This document shows positions 8,202 to 18,265 of a stretch of DNA of 64,000 nt, in pieces. The stretch lies in IMG/VR virus record IMGVR_UViG_3300027708_000012, positions 281,370 through 345,369 of that record; one strand, 5' to 3'. The number at the start of each line of letters is the position of its first letter. Position 1 is the first letter of the stretch. Under the pieces are notes generated by a model. It had not been told where the DNA came from. It made no database searches and worked only from the letters and a program-made list of their open reading frames with translations. Made by a program: the position numbers and the translations under genes.

Positions 8202-8801
8202 TTATTTATTCGCTAACGGATTATCAACCGCTTGTTTAATCTTGTTATCAACTTCTGCTCTTAACGCACGAATCTCAGCTTGTTGTTCTTTTTGATTCTT
8301 AACCAACTCGCGATTGATATCTTTTAGTGTAGCATCAACATCACGCTTGATTTCTTTCACAGTGCCATCGACATCGCGCTTAATTTCCTTCATTCCTGAA
8401 TCTGTTAGTCGTTGATCTGTTTTACTTGAACGCTCAACATTTTCAACAACAGCTTCTAGTCTGCGAACATCGCCTTTAAGATCGTTCTTGATGTTGTTGG
8501 TATACTCGGTCATCTTGCTAGTATTGGCATCCAACACTTCCATCTTTTTATAGATTTCAGCAAGATCAGGTGTAACATATTCCGCAATCTTTTTCTTCAT
8601 CCCCATGTAGTCTTTATACACCTCAAAGCACCCATAAAGCCCGCCCAATAATGATGACGCTAGGGTGAATGCTACCATAAGTTTGGCTGGTGTGAATTCA
8701 TAACCACCAATACTGATAACAGTATCTTTGCTGGCATACTTTTTTACAGCCGCTTCAGCTTCGTCTATTTTTGCATTGACGTCTTTAATTTCTTCTGTCA
8801 T
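8202..8801 (-). CDS. Single-TM coiled-coil protein
   Basis: One hydrophobic helix then heptad repeats ending DNPLANK. Confidence 0.8.
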   Translation of the reverse strand: MTEEIKDVNAKIDEAEAAVKKYASKDTVISIGGYEFTPAKLMVAFTLASSLLGGLYGCFEVYKDYMGMKKKIAEYVTPDLAEIYKKMEVLDANTSKMTEYTNNIKNDLKGDVRRLEAVVENVERSSKTDQRLTDSGMKEIKRDVDGTVKEIKRDVDATLKDINRELVKNQKEQQAEIRALRAEVDNKIKQAVDNPLANK

Positions 8802-8802
8802 T

Positions 8803-10893
8803 TTACTCTCCTTGCTTATATTGCATGTCTACCATTCTTTTATGTAGGCTATCGCTACTCATTTGTCGCAGTACTTGTACGTTGTCTATGACTTTTTGGC
8901 CTTTATAAACTTCTTTAGGTTCATAAAAAGCCGTATCTCTTAATACAAACGAATATGCTTCAAATCCTCTTGGTTGTGTAGCCATTGATGCAAGATCAAC
9001 ACCTGCGGCTAGATCGTTTGGTTGTACATTTCTATTAACTGTACTTGTCTGTGACTGTATATTTTCTTGCATTAACTCAAAACGCTGTTGCATCATCATT
9101 TCTGACAATGGATTGCCAGCCTTACCCATGCCGCCAAAACTAGCAACTTGCATTGGTGGTGTTTCTACTTCCATAATACGTTCTTGTAATCGTGGCTGAT
9201 ATACAGGTGCGGTTTGTGTAGGTGCTGGACTTATACTAGATAAATTTAATGACCCTAGTGGATTGTAGGCAAACGGATTTCGACTAACTGTTAATCCTGT
9301 ACCACTACTGGCTTGTTGTTGGGATTCTGTTGCTGCAGGTGCTGTAGGTTTTAACATAGCTACTGATGTTGACTGTGTTTCTTGTTGTGCTTGTTGCGGT
9401 GGTGTATATGCAGCTTGTTGAATCTGTACAACACTTCCATTAGATTGTTGTTGTACTTCTTGTTGTACTTCTTGTTGTACTTGTTGTACTACACGACTAG
9501 TCTGTTGCTGTTGCGTAGTAGTCTGTTGCTGTTGTTGCGTATTTTGACTTGTTTGAATTGCGGTCTGCTGGCTAGCTTGTGTATTTTGACTGGAGAACTG
9601 TGCGGCTGCTGTGGCACTGTTAGCACTCATATCTTGATTCATACTGATTGCAAGATTACTAGCGGCTTGTGAACTTTGTTGGGTATTTTCAAATGCTTTG
9701 GCAGCATTTTGTACGGCTGATTGTTGTATTGCTTGTTCTTTGGCCTGTGCTGATTTGACCACACTCATTGCTAATTTGCTAGGGCCACCTCCGCTGGTTG
9801 CAGAGCCTGCTTGTTGTGGGCCTGCCTGACTTGGTCCAGCACTTGGTGGAGGTGCAGATTGTGCTACTTGAGGAGGACCGCCGGCTGGTTGAGGTTGTGT
9901 TGGTGCAGGCCCAGCTTGTTGCGGGCTAGGCTGTGCCGGATTATCTTGTGCTACCGCAGGATTTTGATTTGGATCTTGCCCCGGTTGCTGAGTTGGTAGT
10001 CCTTGTTGTGCAGGTGCTTGCTGTGCAGGTTGTTGTGCTTGCTGTTGTGGACTTGCTTGAGCTAATGCAGGTGCCGCATCGGCTACAGCAGGGGGTGCCG
10101 CCGCTGGTGCAGGTGATGTATAGTTCATTGCAGGTACAAATGAAGTAGCACTTGCATTTGAAACTGTAGATCCTAGTATAGAATTTTTAACAGTAGCTAA
10201 AGCGTATCCTGGGCAAGTAGGACTTGATAATGGGTCGTTTATACACGGATCGGGCTTTACTGTATATTTCAAGCTAAAATTAACATTAATAATTTCTGGA
10301 CCATAATTGCCAGCCCAATAATTATTGTCTCGGCCTACAAAGCCTACCTGTGCATTACTAAAGCTAGTTGCTGGTACAGGACTAGAAAAAGTTTCACTGA
10401 AGTTAAAGTTAGTCCAGTTATATTTCCTATTTGTTTGACTAGTATAATCATAGTTTGCTGCTAGTCCTCCACCGCTATTATAGAACTTAACATACGCACC
10501 TAAATAATCTTGACGTCCATCATCCCAGCCGTTGCCGTTCTTAGCAGTAAACCCGAAATTAAATCCTCCAAGTTGTACACCACTTCCGCCTATAGACAAT
10601 GCCTTGTTTATACTGACAATTTGATTTAAGTCTGTAGTGCCGTATGAATAGTTAATAACACCATCTGGTCTTATACTTGGTTTAGGACCACAGTTACCAG
10701 CCTGACCGGCCTGGAAGCACAGTGTATTAACATAGACACCGTTGTTCCAAATGCTAGTCGTATCTGTAGGCGCAGTACCGTTATTAATTAAATTACCGGT
10801 AGTAGCGTCTACTTGAGCATTAGTGGAAGCCGAATATACGATAAGCAATAACGCCCAGTATACTACCGATACCAACTTTCTTATAAGTGTCAT
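8803..10893 (-). CDS. Exported protein with beta-sandwich domain and Gln/Pro-rich linker
   Basis: Signal-peptide-like N-terminus; DPCINDPLSSPTCPGY motif; long Q/P/A/S low-complexity region. Confidence 0.8.
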   Translation of the reverse strand: MTLIRKLVSVVYWALLLIVYSASTNAQVDATTGNLINNGTAPTDTTSIWNNGVYVNTLCFQAGQAGNCGPKPSIRPDGVINYSYGTTDLNQIVSINKALSIGGSGVQLGGFNFGFTAKNGNGWDDGRQDYLGAYVKFYNSGGGLAANYDYTSQTNRKYNWTNFNFSETFSSPVPATSFSNAQVGFVGRDNNYWAGNYGPEIINVNFSLKYTVKPDPCINDPLSSPTCPGYALATVKNSILGSTVSNASATSFVPAMNYTSPAPAAAPPAVADAAPALAQASPQQQAQQPAQQAPAQQGLPTQQPGQDPNQNPAVAQDNPAQPSPQQAGPAPTQPQPAGGPPQVAQSAPPPSAGPSQAGPQQAGSATSGGGPSKLAMSVVKSAQAKEQAIQQSAVQNAAKAFENTQQSSQAASNLAISMNQDMSANSATAAAQFSSQNTQASQQTAIQTSQNTQQQQQTTTQQQQTSRVVQQVQQEVQQEVQQQSNGSVVQIQQAAYTPPQQAQQETQSTSVAMLKPTAPAATESQQQASSGTGLTVSRNPFAYNPLGSLNLSSISPAPTQTAPVYQPRLQERIMEVETPPMQVASFGGMGKAGNPLSEMMMQQRFELMQENIQSQTSTVNRNVQPNDLAAGVDLASMATQPRGFEAYSFVLRDTAFYEPKEVYKGQKVIDNVQVLRQMSSDSLHKRMVDMQYKQGE

Positions 10894-12187
10894 CTTCACT
10901 CACCTCTGTTTCTTTTGGTAATTTTTCTGGATTTGATTCCCACTCTACTTTAGCTTGGGCTCCAATCTTACCTTCGTACGGGCATGGTGTGCCTGCTGCC
11001 ATCATAGCATCAAATACACGACGATCTTGACACATAGTAGCAACTGCGGCAACTTTCATCCCCATGTCGTATAATGTCTTGCTTAATTTTAATCGTTCAC
11101 AATTCATATCACGAACTGTGCCGCCTGAACTAACACCAAAGATTTGTGTTTGTACTGAACCGCTTGTGCCTGTTGTACATAGGTCAGCATTACCACCTGA
11201 CATCATTGCTGGTGCAACGGCTGTTGGTGGAGGTTGAATAACACGCTGAGTAATATCACTTGTATTAACATTGTTATTTGTCATTGAACCACTGTTAATA
11301 TTCTGATTAACGTTATTATTTGCATTAGTACTTGTACTAGCATTAGTATTATTATTGTTATTGGTCATTGTACCGTTATTGGTATTCTGATTAATATTAG
11401 TCATCGTTCCTGTGTTAATATTGTTATTAGTATTGCTAGTAGTAGCTGTTGTAGTGTTGATATTACGATTGGTCATATCACCTGTATTAACATTATTATT
11501 TGTGTTAACACTGGTACTCGTATTAACATTGTTGTTATTGTTAGTCATTGTACCATACTGGTAGTTAGTATTGGTGCTTGTACTAGTGTTAACATTGTTG
11601 TTATTGTTAGTATTAACACTAGTGCTAGAACTAACATTATTATTGTTATAAGTCATTGTACCTGAATTAATGTTATTATTGGTGTTGACATTATTGCTAG
11701 TACTTGCGCTGACATTGTTGTTATTGTACGTCATTGTACCAGTATTAATATTGTTATTGGTGTTAACATTATTGCTAGTACTGGTACTTGTATTGACATT
11801 GTTGTTATTGTTAGTCATTGTACCTGTATTAACATTATTATTATTAAATGTCTGAGTACCGCTATTAACGTTATTGTTGTTATTAGTGTAGGTTACTGCG
11901 CCACTCATAACGTTGTTATTGTTATTATTGTTGGTCATAGTACCACTATTAACGTTATTGTTGTTATTAGTGTTAGTTGTACCGCCACTTAGCACAGTAT
12001 TATTATTTGTAGTTGTAGTACCGCTATTAACATTATTTGTGTTAATTGTACTTGTGCTAACGCTTGTACTATTAGTATCTACGAGACTTTTAGAATCGTA
12101 GCCGCCTTGGTTAATCACAGTTTGAGGTAGCACGGTGGTGCTTGATAGTACCAACATTAATGCTGGCATTATATTTTTAATACGCAT
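10820..12187 (-). CDS. Exported Asn/Thr-repeat protein with Cys-containing C-terminal domain and TM anchor
   Basis: Signal-like N-terminus; repeats NNNNVN(S/T)GTMT; PPPTAVAP...CERLKLSKTL...GTPCP; C-terminal hydrophobic helix. Confidence 0.85.
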   Translation of the reverse strand: MRIKNIMPALMLVLSSTTVLPQTVINQGGYDSKSLVDTNSTSVSTSTINTNNVNSGTTTTNNNTVLSGGTTNTNNNNNVNSGTMTNNNNNNNVMSGAVTYTNNNNNVNSGTQTFNNNNVNTGTMTNNNNNVNTSTSTSNNVNTNNNINTGTMTYNNNNVSASTSNNVNTNNNINSGTMTYNNNNVSSSTSVNTNNNNNVNTSTSTNTNYQYGTMTNNNNNVNTSTSVNTNNNVNTGDMTNRNINTTTATTSNTNNNINTGTMTNINQNTNNGTMTNNNNNTNASTSTNANNNVNQNINSGSMTNNNVNTSDITQRVIQPPPTAVAPAMMSGGNADLCTTGTSGSVQTQIFGVSSGGTVRDMNCERLKLSKTLYDMGMKVAAVATMCQDRRVFDAMMAAGTPCPYEGKIGAQAKVEWESNPEKLPKETEVSEDDTYKKVGIGSILGVIAYRIFGFH

Positions 12188-12247
12188 GGCTTCGCTCCAA
12201 ATTGCATTAGTATTTAAGTGAGCAATTGTACGAGTAATACTACTGTA

Positions 12248-12934
12248 TTATTTTTTGAATTCTATTATTGCGGATTTTACCAAGCTATCAATACTGTTTA
12301 TTAATGGGATTTCTTGATATTGTTTTTCTCTGACAACTAATGGTATTTCTGTACAGCCTAAAACCACAGCTTGCGCACCTTTTTCAATTAACGATTTAAC
12401 CACAGTCATCAGCATGCCATGTGCTAATATAGGCTTGTTTGCTTTGATCAAATCTATTCCAGGCTGAACATAGTCTTCCATTTCTTTGCTAGTTGGTGTT
12501 ATGCAAGTCCATCCTAATTTGGACAAATGATTGTTATATAAGCCTAGTTGCATTGTAGCCCTAGTTCCCATTACACCAATAGTACCAGTTATGTTTTGAG
12601 CTCGTAATTCATCTGCTACACTATCTACAATATGCGTAATTGGCACACCTAGTGCTGTTAATCTGTCATACCAAAAATGTGCTGTATTGCAAGGAATTAC
12701 AATGTGATCGCAATCTGCATTTTTTAAACCTTGTATCCCACGTTTAAGTTTTTCCCAAGGCAAATCGTCTTTGTTGAGTAAACTTGTACTACGATCTGGA
12801 ACTGTAGGATCACTCCATAGTATTACTGGAATATGTTCTTGATCGCAGGTTGCTGGAGTTTGTTCAGTTAGGCGTACTAGGAATTCTGCACTGGCCGCTG
12901 GCCCCATTCCACCAAGTACACCTAGGCGTTTCAT
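12248..12934 (-). CDS. Aspartate/glutamate racemase
   Basis: GVLGGMGP, IPCNTAH, LGCTEIPL; both catalytic Cys present. Confidence 0.92.
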   Translation of the reverse strand: MKRLGVLGGMGPAASAEFLVRLTEQTPATCDQEHIPVILWSDPTVPDRSTSLLNKDDLPWEKLKRGIQGLKNADCDHIVIPCNTAHFWYDRLTALGVPITHIVDSVADELRAQNITGTIGVMGTRATMQLGLYNNHLSKLGWTCITPTSKEMEDYVQPGIDLIKANKPILAHGMLMTVVKSLIEKGAQAVVLGCTEIPLVVREKQYQEIPLINSIDSLVKSAIIEFKK

Positions 12935-13536
12935 TTTTTATTGTATAGTAAACTGGATGCCACTATCATAACAGTCTGTGCCATCTCAATATCTGAAGGT
13001 TTTTCCTTCCATCCGACACTAATTTGCCCGATAAACAAACCTGGTTCTGCTGGAACACTTATGCGACACATGTAGTTTACACCAGATGCTTTATAAGTAA
13101 ATCCAATATAGCTTTGAGGTCTGTTATAGTCTGCACAGGGAATTTTGCCTGACATTAGACCAATAACATCTTCATTGTTATTTAGATTTTTCGTTAACAG
13201 GCCAACATCTGCACCGTCGTGAGTTTTATCATGGCCGCCACTACGACTGGTTAAGTAAGTTAATTTTCTAGTGTTAAGCACAGTATTAACTTCAAACAAT
13301 GCTACTAGTTCTGCATCTGTATTTTTCAGTATAAAGTTTGCGGCTTCTTCATACTTGCCATTCATTTTGGGTAGTGCTTGTTGAGCACGATAACTGGCCA
13401 TAAAGTTATCTTTTTCGCTGTATACGATCCAGCCTCCAAAAGTAAGGAGGCATAGAAACACAACCGTAAATAGGCGAAAAGGACTTTCGCCTATGAACTT
13501 CAATAGTTCAAGCAGGAACTCTTTCAGCTTGTCCAT
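12931..13536 (-). CDS. Single-TM protein with periplasmic GAF-like domain (T4 holin T-like)
   Basis: N-terminal TM, two Cys, YMCRISVP...FIGQISVGW resembles holin T C-terminal domain. Confidence 0.5.
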   Translation of the reverse strand: MDKLKEFLLELLKFIGESPFRLFTVVFLCLLTFGGWIVYSEKDNFMASYRAQQALPKMNGKYEEAANFILKNTDAELVALFEVNTVLNTRKLTYLTSRSGGHDKTHDGADVGLLTKNLNNNEDVIGLMSGKIPCADYNRPQSYIGFTYKASGVNYMCRISVPAEPGLFIGQISVGWKEKPSDIEMAQTVMIVASSLLYNKK

Positions 13537-14788
13537 GGTCCACGTCTGCTACAAATGCTGTTACACCCATATTACCAATAACATGGCTGGCTGTGCGAAT
13601 CATATCCATTAGAGGATCAACAGCAATAAACAAGACCAATACTGCTTCGCTTGGTAGTTTTAACAAGTCACAAACAACTGCCACTGTAGCCACTGTTAGA
13701 ATACCTGTAGTACCTGCACTTGCTAGTCCTGCTAAAATGCTACCAAGCAATATAACAATCAATCCACTGGCACCTAATGATAAATCATAAATGCCAGCAA
13801 TAAACGCTGTGGCAATGGCATAGTAAACAATACTTCCAATACGGTTAACAGTAAAGCTCAAGGGAGTAGTTAGTTCTACGGCATCTTTATTATAGCCTAG
13901 TTTAACTAAAGCTTCTTGGCTGTAAGGAATACAAGCTAGGCTTGAACGACTACTAACAGCAATCATAAATGTTTCTTGTATGCCATGCATTGTGTCTATA
14001 ATACTCTTGCGAGATTTCCAGGCAATATATGCTGTAGCAATAGCAACAATAATAAATCCGCCCACAGTCTGCTGAATAATAAAATCAACCATAGTACCAA
14101 AAATGCCTACGCCTACCTTGGCTACTTGTGTTGATATCATGGCAAATAGTGCAATTGGTAAGAAGTAGTTTAAGAACTTGAAAATACTAATACTGGCCTG
14201 TTGGACACTTTTGAAGATATCAATCATAACTTCTTGTCCCACAGACTTTATGTTGCCCAGGGCAATACCGAAGATTAAACAGAAAATAACAATCTTAAGA
14301 CTTTCACCAGATTCTAAACTTTGAAAGATATTTTCTGGAATAAACTTCTGTATCATTGCACCAGCACTTGGCTTAGGTACAACTAGCATTGGCTCTTTTA
14401 GTGTAATTGACATTTCGGTCCCTTGGTCTTTGTTGTTGACCAATGCACCAAGTTGTACTTTCTTTTCGGGAGTCATTTCGCTGCCAGTTAATACTGTCGA
14501 ACCAACGCCAACGACAGAAGCCATGAACATACTAACAACAAAGCCAATGACAATCTTTTTAATCATCGACTGGCTACCTTCTTTCTGTAGCAGTCCAACT
14601 ACACCAACTAGAATAGTGGCAAATAAGAAAGGTAATACAACAACCTTTAATAAACTGATGTAGATACTACCAATAGATTCTAATGCCATAACTTCGTGAG
14701 GCAAATATACCCCGCCAGCTACAGCCAACAGAATACTGCCTAAAATAGTCCAAGGACTAGCTAAAAATTTCTTTATATCGATTTTCAT
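13508..14788 (-). CDS. Dicarboxylate/amino acid:cation symporter (DAACS/GltP family)
   Basis: About 9 TM; IPENIF, SSRSSLA, AVDPLMDMIRTASHVIGN motifs. Confidence 0.9.
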   Translation of the reverse strand: MKIDIKKFLASPWTILGSILLAVAGGVYLPHEVMALESIGSIYISLLKVVVLPFLFATILVGVVGLLQKEGSQSMIKKIVIGFVVSMFMASVVGVGSTVLTGSEMTPEKKVQLGALVNNKDQGTEMSITLKEPMLVVPKPSAGAMIQKFIPENIFQSLESGESLKIVIFCLIFGIALGNIKSVGQEVMIDIFKSVQQASISIFKFLNYFLPIALFAMISTQVAKVGVGIFGTMVDFIIQQTVGGFIIVAIATAYIAWKSRKSIIDTMHGIQETFMIAVSSRSSLACIPYSQEALVKLGYNKDAVELTTPLSFTVNRIGSIVYYAIATAFIAGIYDLSLGASGLIVILLGSILAGLASAGTTGILTVATVAVVCDLLKLPSEAVLVLFIAVDPLMDMIRTASHVIGNMGVTAFVADVDHGQAERVPA

Positions 14789-15606
14789 TTGTTTTCCTTG
14801 TATCTATTCATTAATTTTTTAACATCGATGTCACGGTATTCACTGGAAATGACAAAGTTAGCAATGCCTAATAATTGTAAGCAATTGGGTCTAACAGCCA
14901 CGCCAATTTGATCTACGCTGTCACTAATTGTGATTGTTTTTGTAGTCAAGGCCGCTTCAGGTTTTTCAAAACTAATTTTCTTAATTTCAAACTCGTCACG
15001 ATAAGCGGCATTAATTTTACCACTTGTAACATTTGCTATGACCACGCCCCAGTCATCTTCTGGTAAGAATGTAGCTTTGGGAAAGTTGATACGAGCATAA
15101 GTGTCGTAGCTGGAGTTACGTATAAAACTAATCTTACCATTGAAGTCTCGAATAACTTCATAAGGTTCACGTCCTTTAGTATTCTGACTTAACCAAAGAC
15201 GATTGATAATTATGCTTTGTTTTAGTGTTACATAAGGAGCACTGAATCTCAATGCTTGTAGTCGAGGTCCGGTAATACTTAATTTGCTAATAGCAATGTC
15301 AGCACGACCATCGCGAACTTGTTCTGCCACTTCAGCAAAGCTGGCAGCATCTCTACGGAATTCTACTGGCACGCCTAGTTGTTTGCCAATGCTACGAGCA
15401 ATGTCAACATCTAGTCCGTGTAGGTTATCGTCCTTACCACTAAAGAATGGAGGACTGTCTTTGCCGTTCATGGCCACCACTAATTTGCCTGCTTTTTTAA
15501 TAGCGGCAATGTCAGTGGGCAAAGGAACTTTAGAGTCGGGCATTTGTGCATAGCTAGGAAGTATAGCTAACACGCTGAATGTTAAGGATATTAGTAAGTT
15601 TTTCAT
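14785..15606 (-). CDS. Amino-acid substrate-binding protein (SBP family 3)
   Basis: Signal peptide; PPFF...GLDVDIARSIG..LGV; GRADIAIS..SIT.PR...FSAPY. Confidence 0.9.
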   Translation of the reverse strand: MKNLLISLTFSVLAILPSYAQMPDSKVPLPTDIAAIKKAGKLVVAMNGKDSPPFFSGKDDNLHGLDVDIARSIGKQLGVPVEFRRDAASFAEVAEQVRDGRADIAISKLSITGPRLQALRFSAPYVTLKQSIIINRLWLSQNTKGREPYEVIRDFNGKISFIRNSSYDTYARINFPKATFLPEDDWGVVIANVTSGKINAAYRDEFEIKKISFEKPEAALTTKTITISDSVDQIGVAVRPNCLQLLGIANFVISSEYRDIDVKKLMNRYKENK

Positions 15607-15701
15607 AGCAGTATTTATACTATGAAAATAAATTAAACTATCGTATTATTACAGTGATATTACTATAGTTTAAGGGTGTTGGAAAATTGACACCTTAGAA
15701 A

Positions 15702-17573
15702 TTAACGTGCTTTTTCAATTTTAGGAGATTTTGCCACAGCAAGGTATGCAGGAGTTGCACTTTGCTGATCATCGTTAAAGTGGAATCCGCCAGAAACTCT
15801 AACAGATGCTTCGCCTTTGCCCATCATTTTGTCAGCCAAGTCGTCACCGTTTTGAATAATGCTGTAATCTAGCGTTTCTGTATTCAAGAACATGATAGCT
15901 TCTACACCGTCTGCACGGTTATAACTAGCATAGGCCAATTTGGTGTATGCTTCCATCATGGCAGGTACTATAATTGTGCCGTCTTCCATAATTGCATTGC
16001 CTATCAGTTCTTCTGCGTCTACGCCAGGAAAAGCAATTTTTCCATCTGGTGTTAATTTTGGAGACTGTTTACCCTTGCCGGCATTTATCATAACTGGTTC
16101 AGCAACGTCGTCCAAATTGGTTATAAGTTTTGATATGGTACTATAAAACAAATCATATGTTTTGTTATAATCGCTATAGATCAAAACTTCATCATTTAAA
16201 CGTCCTAACATTTTATAAGACCAATTGTAATTACAAGCCTCTTTAAATCTGCCATTGGTCTTGTTGTACGTATTAGGTGAGTAATTTTCTTTGGTCATTA
16301 CTTCTTGTTCGCCGTCTTTTCTTGTTCTAATACCTAATTCTGTTCCAGAAGGGAGTTTTTTGGCTGGTGCAGTTCTGATAATCTTTGTGATTTTTTCAGT
16401 CCAGGTGGGCCATGCAGCTGGTCCTTTGAGAATCTTCTTGCTGTTCAGTCTACCGCCGGACGTTGCACCTGCTTTGATTTCCAAGTTGGTGCCAGCTACA
16501 ATCAAATCGCCACCGTGCTGTGCTTTTTGTGCAGGACTACCCATCATACTCAATGCCATTTCGCCCGGCCCGATAGCACCACTAGATTTACCAGGGCTCC
16601 ATGAGAACACTCCGTAGCTGGAGAACAAGTCCAGCATGTCTTCAAAGTTGGTATTAACATGCTGTTTTACATTTCCCACATCTTGCGATATCAACGACTC
16701 CATGTCAATAACTTGGCCGTTATAACAGGCATCTAAAAATTCCACAATACGTGCTCTGTTAAGTTCTTTATTTTGACTCAACATACGCATAATCATGCCA
16801 AAGAAGGCTTGTTTGAATACTGCGGCAAAGTTCTTTGCGTTATCATGTACTTTCTTTTCTGCTTTGGTCAGCGACTTGTATGTGCCCTCATCGATAGCAG
16901 TATAGCCTTGTACTTTATTTGCTAGGGCTTCGAGTTTGTCAAATATACTATTAGTAATCTCTTCAGCTTTTTGTTGCCATACACCTTCTAGTTTGTTAAA
17001 TTCATTACTAACTTTTTTCTTTTTAGCCACTGCCACTGCCAGTTGAGCCACATCTAAGGTTTGATCTAATTTAATCAATCCTTGCACTTCTAACTCTCTA
17101 ATTGCCGCTAAAATAACAGCTTCTCTACTAGGCGATACAATTTTAGTCGCAGCTTCAGTTAATTCAATGTCAGGCTCTAAATTGTTAATAAGTTTGATAA
17201 CTAATTCTTTAGTAGGTTCCCAGTCAGGCAAAGCATTGGCATCTGCTATTAATCTTTTTAATTTGCTAGTAACAACATTTGCAATAATTGGAACATTTTT
17301 AATTGTTGCCGGTTGCTGTTGTCTAGGTGCAGGCTGTGCTATTGGCTGCTGTTGTGCTGGTTGAATAGGTGCCGGAACTGGCTGTTGTGCAGGTTCAGCT
17401 GGTTGTTGTTCTGGAGCAGGTTCAGCTGGTTGTTGTTCTGGAGCAGGTTCGACAGGCGGCTGTTCTGGAGCAGGTTCGACAGGCGGCTGTTGCCCGGGAA
17501 AAGCGGAAAGACGTTTTTCGTCCTCTTCTGGAGTTGTAGGGGCAAATTCTTTTAAAATATCTAGTACACGCAT
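15702..17573 (-). CDS. Probable virion-internal protein with PD-(D/E)XK nuclease domain
   Basis: MRVLDILKE N-terminus, PQ repeats, GPGEMAL...GDL...LEIKAG motif. Confidence 0.65.
   Translation of the reverse strand: MRVLDILKEFAPTTPEEDEKRLSAFPGQQPPVEPAPEQPPVEPAPEQQPAEPAPEQQPAEPAQQPVPAPIQPAQQQPIAQPAPRQQQPATIKNVPIIANVVTSKLKRLIADANALPDWEPTKELVIKLINNLEPDIELTEAATKIVSPSREAVILAAIRELEVQGLIKLDQTLDVAQLAVAVAKKKKVSNEFNKLEGVWQQKAEEITNSIFDKLEALANKVQGYTAIDEGTYKSLTKAEKKVHDNAKNFAAVFKQAFFGMIMRMLSQNKELNRARIVEFLDACYNGQVIDMESLISQDVGNVKQHVNTNFEDMLDLFSSYGVFSWSPGKSSGAIGPGEMALSMMGSPAQKAQHGGDLIVAGTNLEIKAGATSGGRLNSKKILKGPAAWPTWTEKITKIIRTAPAKKLPSGTELGIRTRKDGEQEVMTKENYSPNTYNKTNGRFKEACNYNWSYKMLGRLNDEVLIYSDYNKTYDLFYSTISKLITNLDDVAEPVMINAGKGKQSPKLTPDGKIAFPGVDAEELIGNAIMEDGTIIVPAMMEAYTKLAYASYNRADGVEAIMFLNTETLDYSIIQNGDDLADKMMGKGEASVRVSGGFHFNDDQQSATPAYLAVAKSPKIEKAR
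17385..17495 (-). repeat. 27-bp tandem repeat in coding region (EQPPVEPAP / EQQPAEPAP)
   Basis: TGTTCTGGAGCAGGTTC recurs at 27-nt period on the plus strand. Confidence 0.8.
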
Positions 17574-17584
17574 AGTACTAATAT

Positions 17585-18265
17585 TTATGCTATTTCAGGG
17601 AACAAGCAATCCTGTATGAAAACCTGTACATCCTCTTCACTAAGCCCTAAGCTAACCATAACTTTAGGAGTATGTGGGTTTTTCTTCTGATTCTCACAAT
17701 AGTAATTCTGAGCGTCAGTAGTATTAGGATGTGTACGTTCGGTTTCTTTTACTGTGGCCAAATAGTGTGTTAGATTCTTACGGGCCATGGCAAGTATTTG
17801 CTCTAGTTCTGCTTCATCGCTGACATTTCCCGCGGCCACCATAGAACCTGTAAAAATACGCTCTGCCCAATCTGGTAACTTGCGAGTTTTATTCCACTCT
17901 AGACGACGAGCTTCTTCAGCAAACCAATCAATCATCGGATGTTCGCTGTCGCCTGCAGGACTAAAATCATGGAAACAGCCTGTGATTTTATTTTTACCAG
18001 CTACAACATCAAATCCAAAGATAGGTGCAGGGTTATCTGTATGCGGGAAAATACAGCAATGCATCATCCATAGACCTTTAGTCTCGCGGGCATCAACTAC
18101 ATCAATATGAGCCCTACGATAAGCACTACTTGTCCAAACTTTGTTTACCCAACCTGGTTGATTAAAACGTTCCATACCAGGCTCTTGAATAATACTACCA
18201 GTTGCATACAACTGACTTTCAAAGTATTCTTCAATTTTAATTAGTGTGTCCCAGACATTACTCAT
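17585..18265 (-). CDS. Ferredoxin-dependent bilin reductase (PcyA/PcyX-like)
   Basis: RRAHIDVVD, MMHCCIFP, PIFGFDVVAG, DFSP, RKLPDWA, QNYYCENQKKNPHT motifs. Confidence 0.88.
   Translation of the reverse strand: MSNVWDTLIKIEEYFESQLYATGSIIQEPGMERFNQPGWVNKVWTSSAYRRAHIDVVDARETKGLWMMHCCIFPHTDNPAPIFGFDVVAGKNKITGCFHDFSPAGDSEHPMIDWFAEEARRLEWNKTRKLPDWAERIFTGSMVAAGNVSDEAELEQILAMARKNLTHYLATVKETERTHPNTTDAQNYYCENQKKNPHTPKVMVSLGLSEEDVQVFIQDCLFPEIA

Noticed and set aside
11260-12080. CRISPR array or non-coding satellite
   Set aside because: Repeats are imperfect, codon-phased and lie within an ORF; no constant repeat with unique spacers; the Cas4-like nuclease at 37156 is a common solo phage exonuclease
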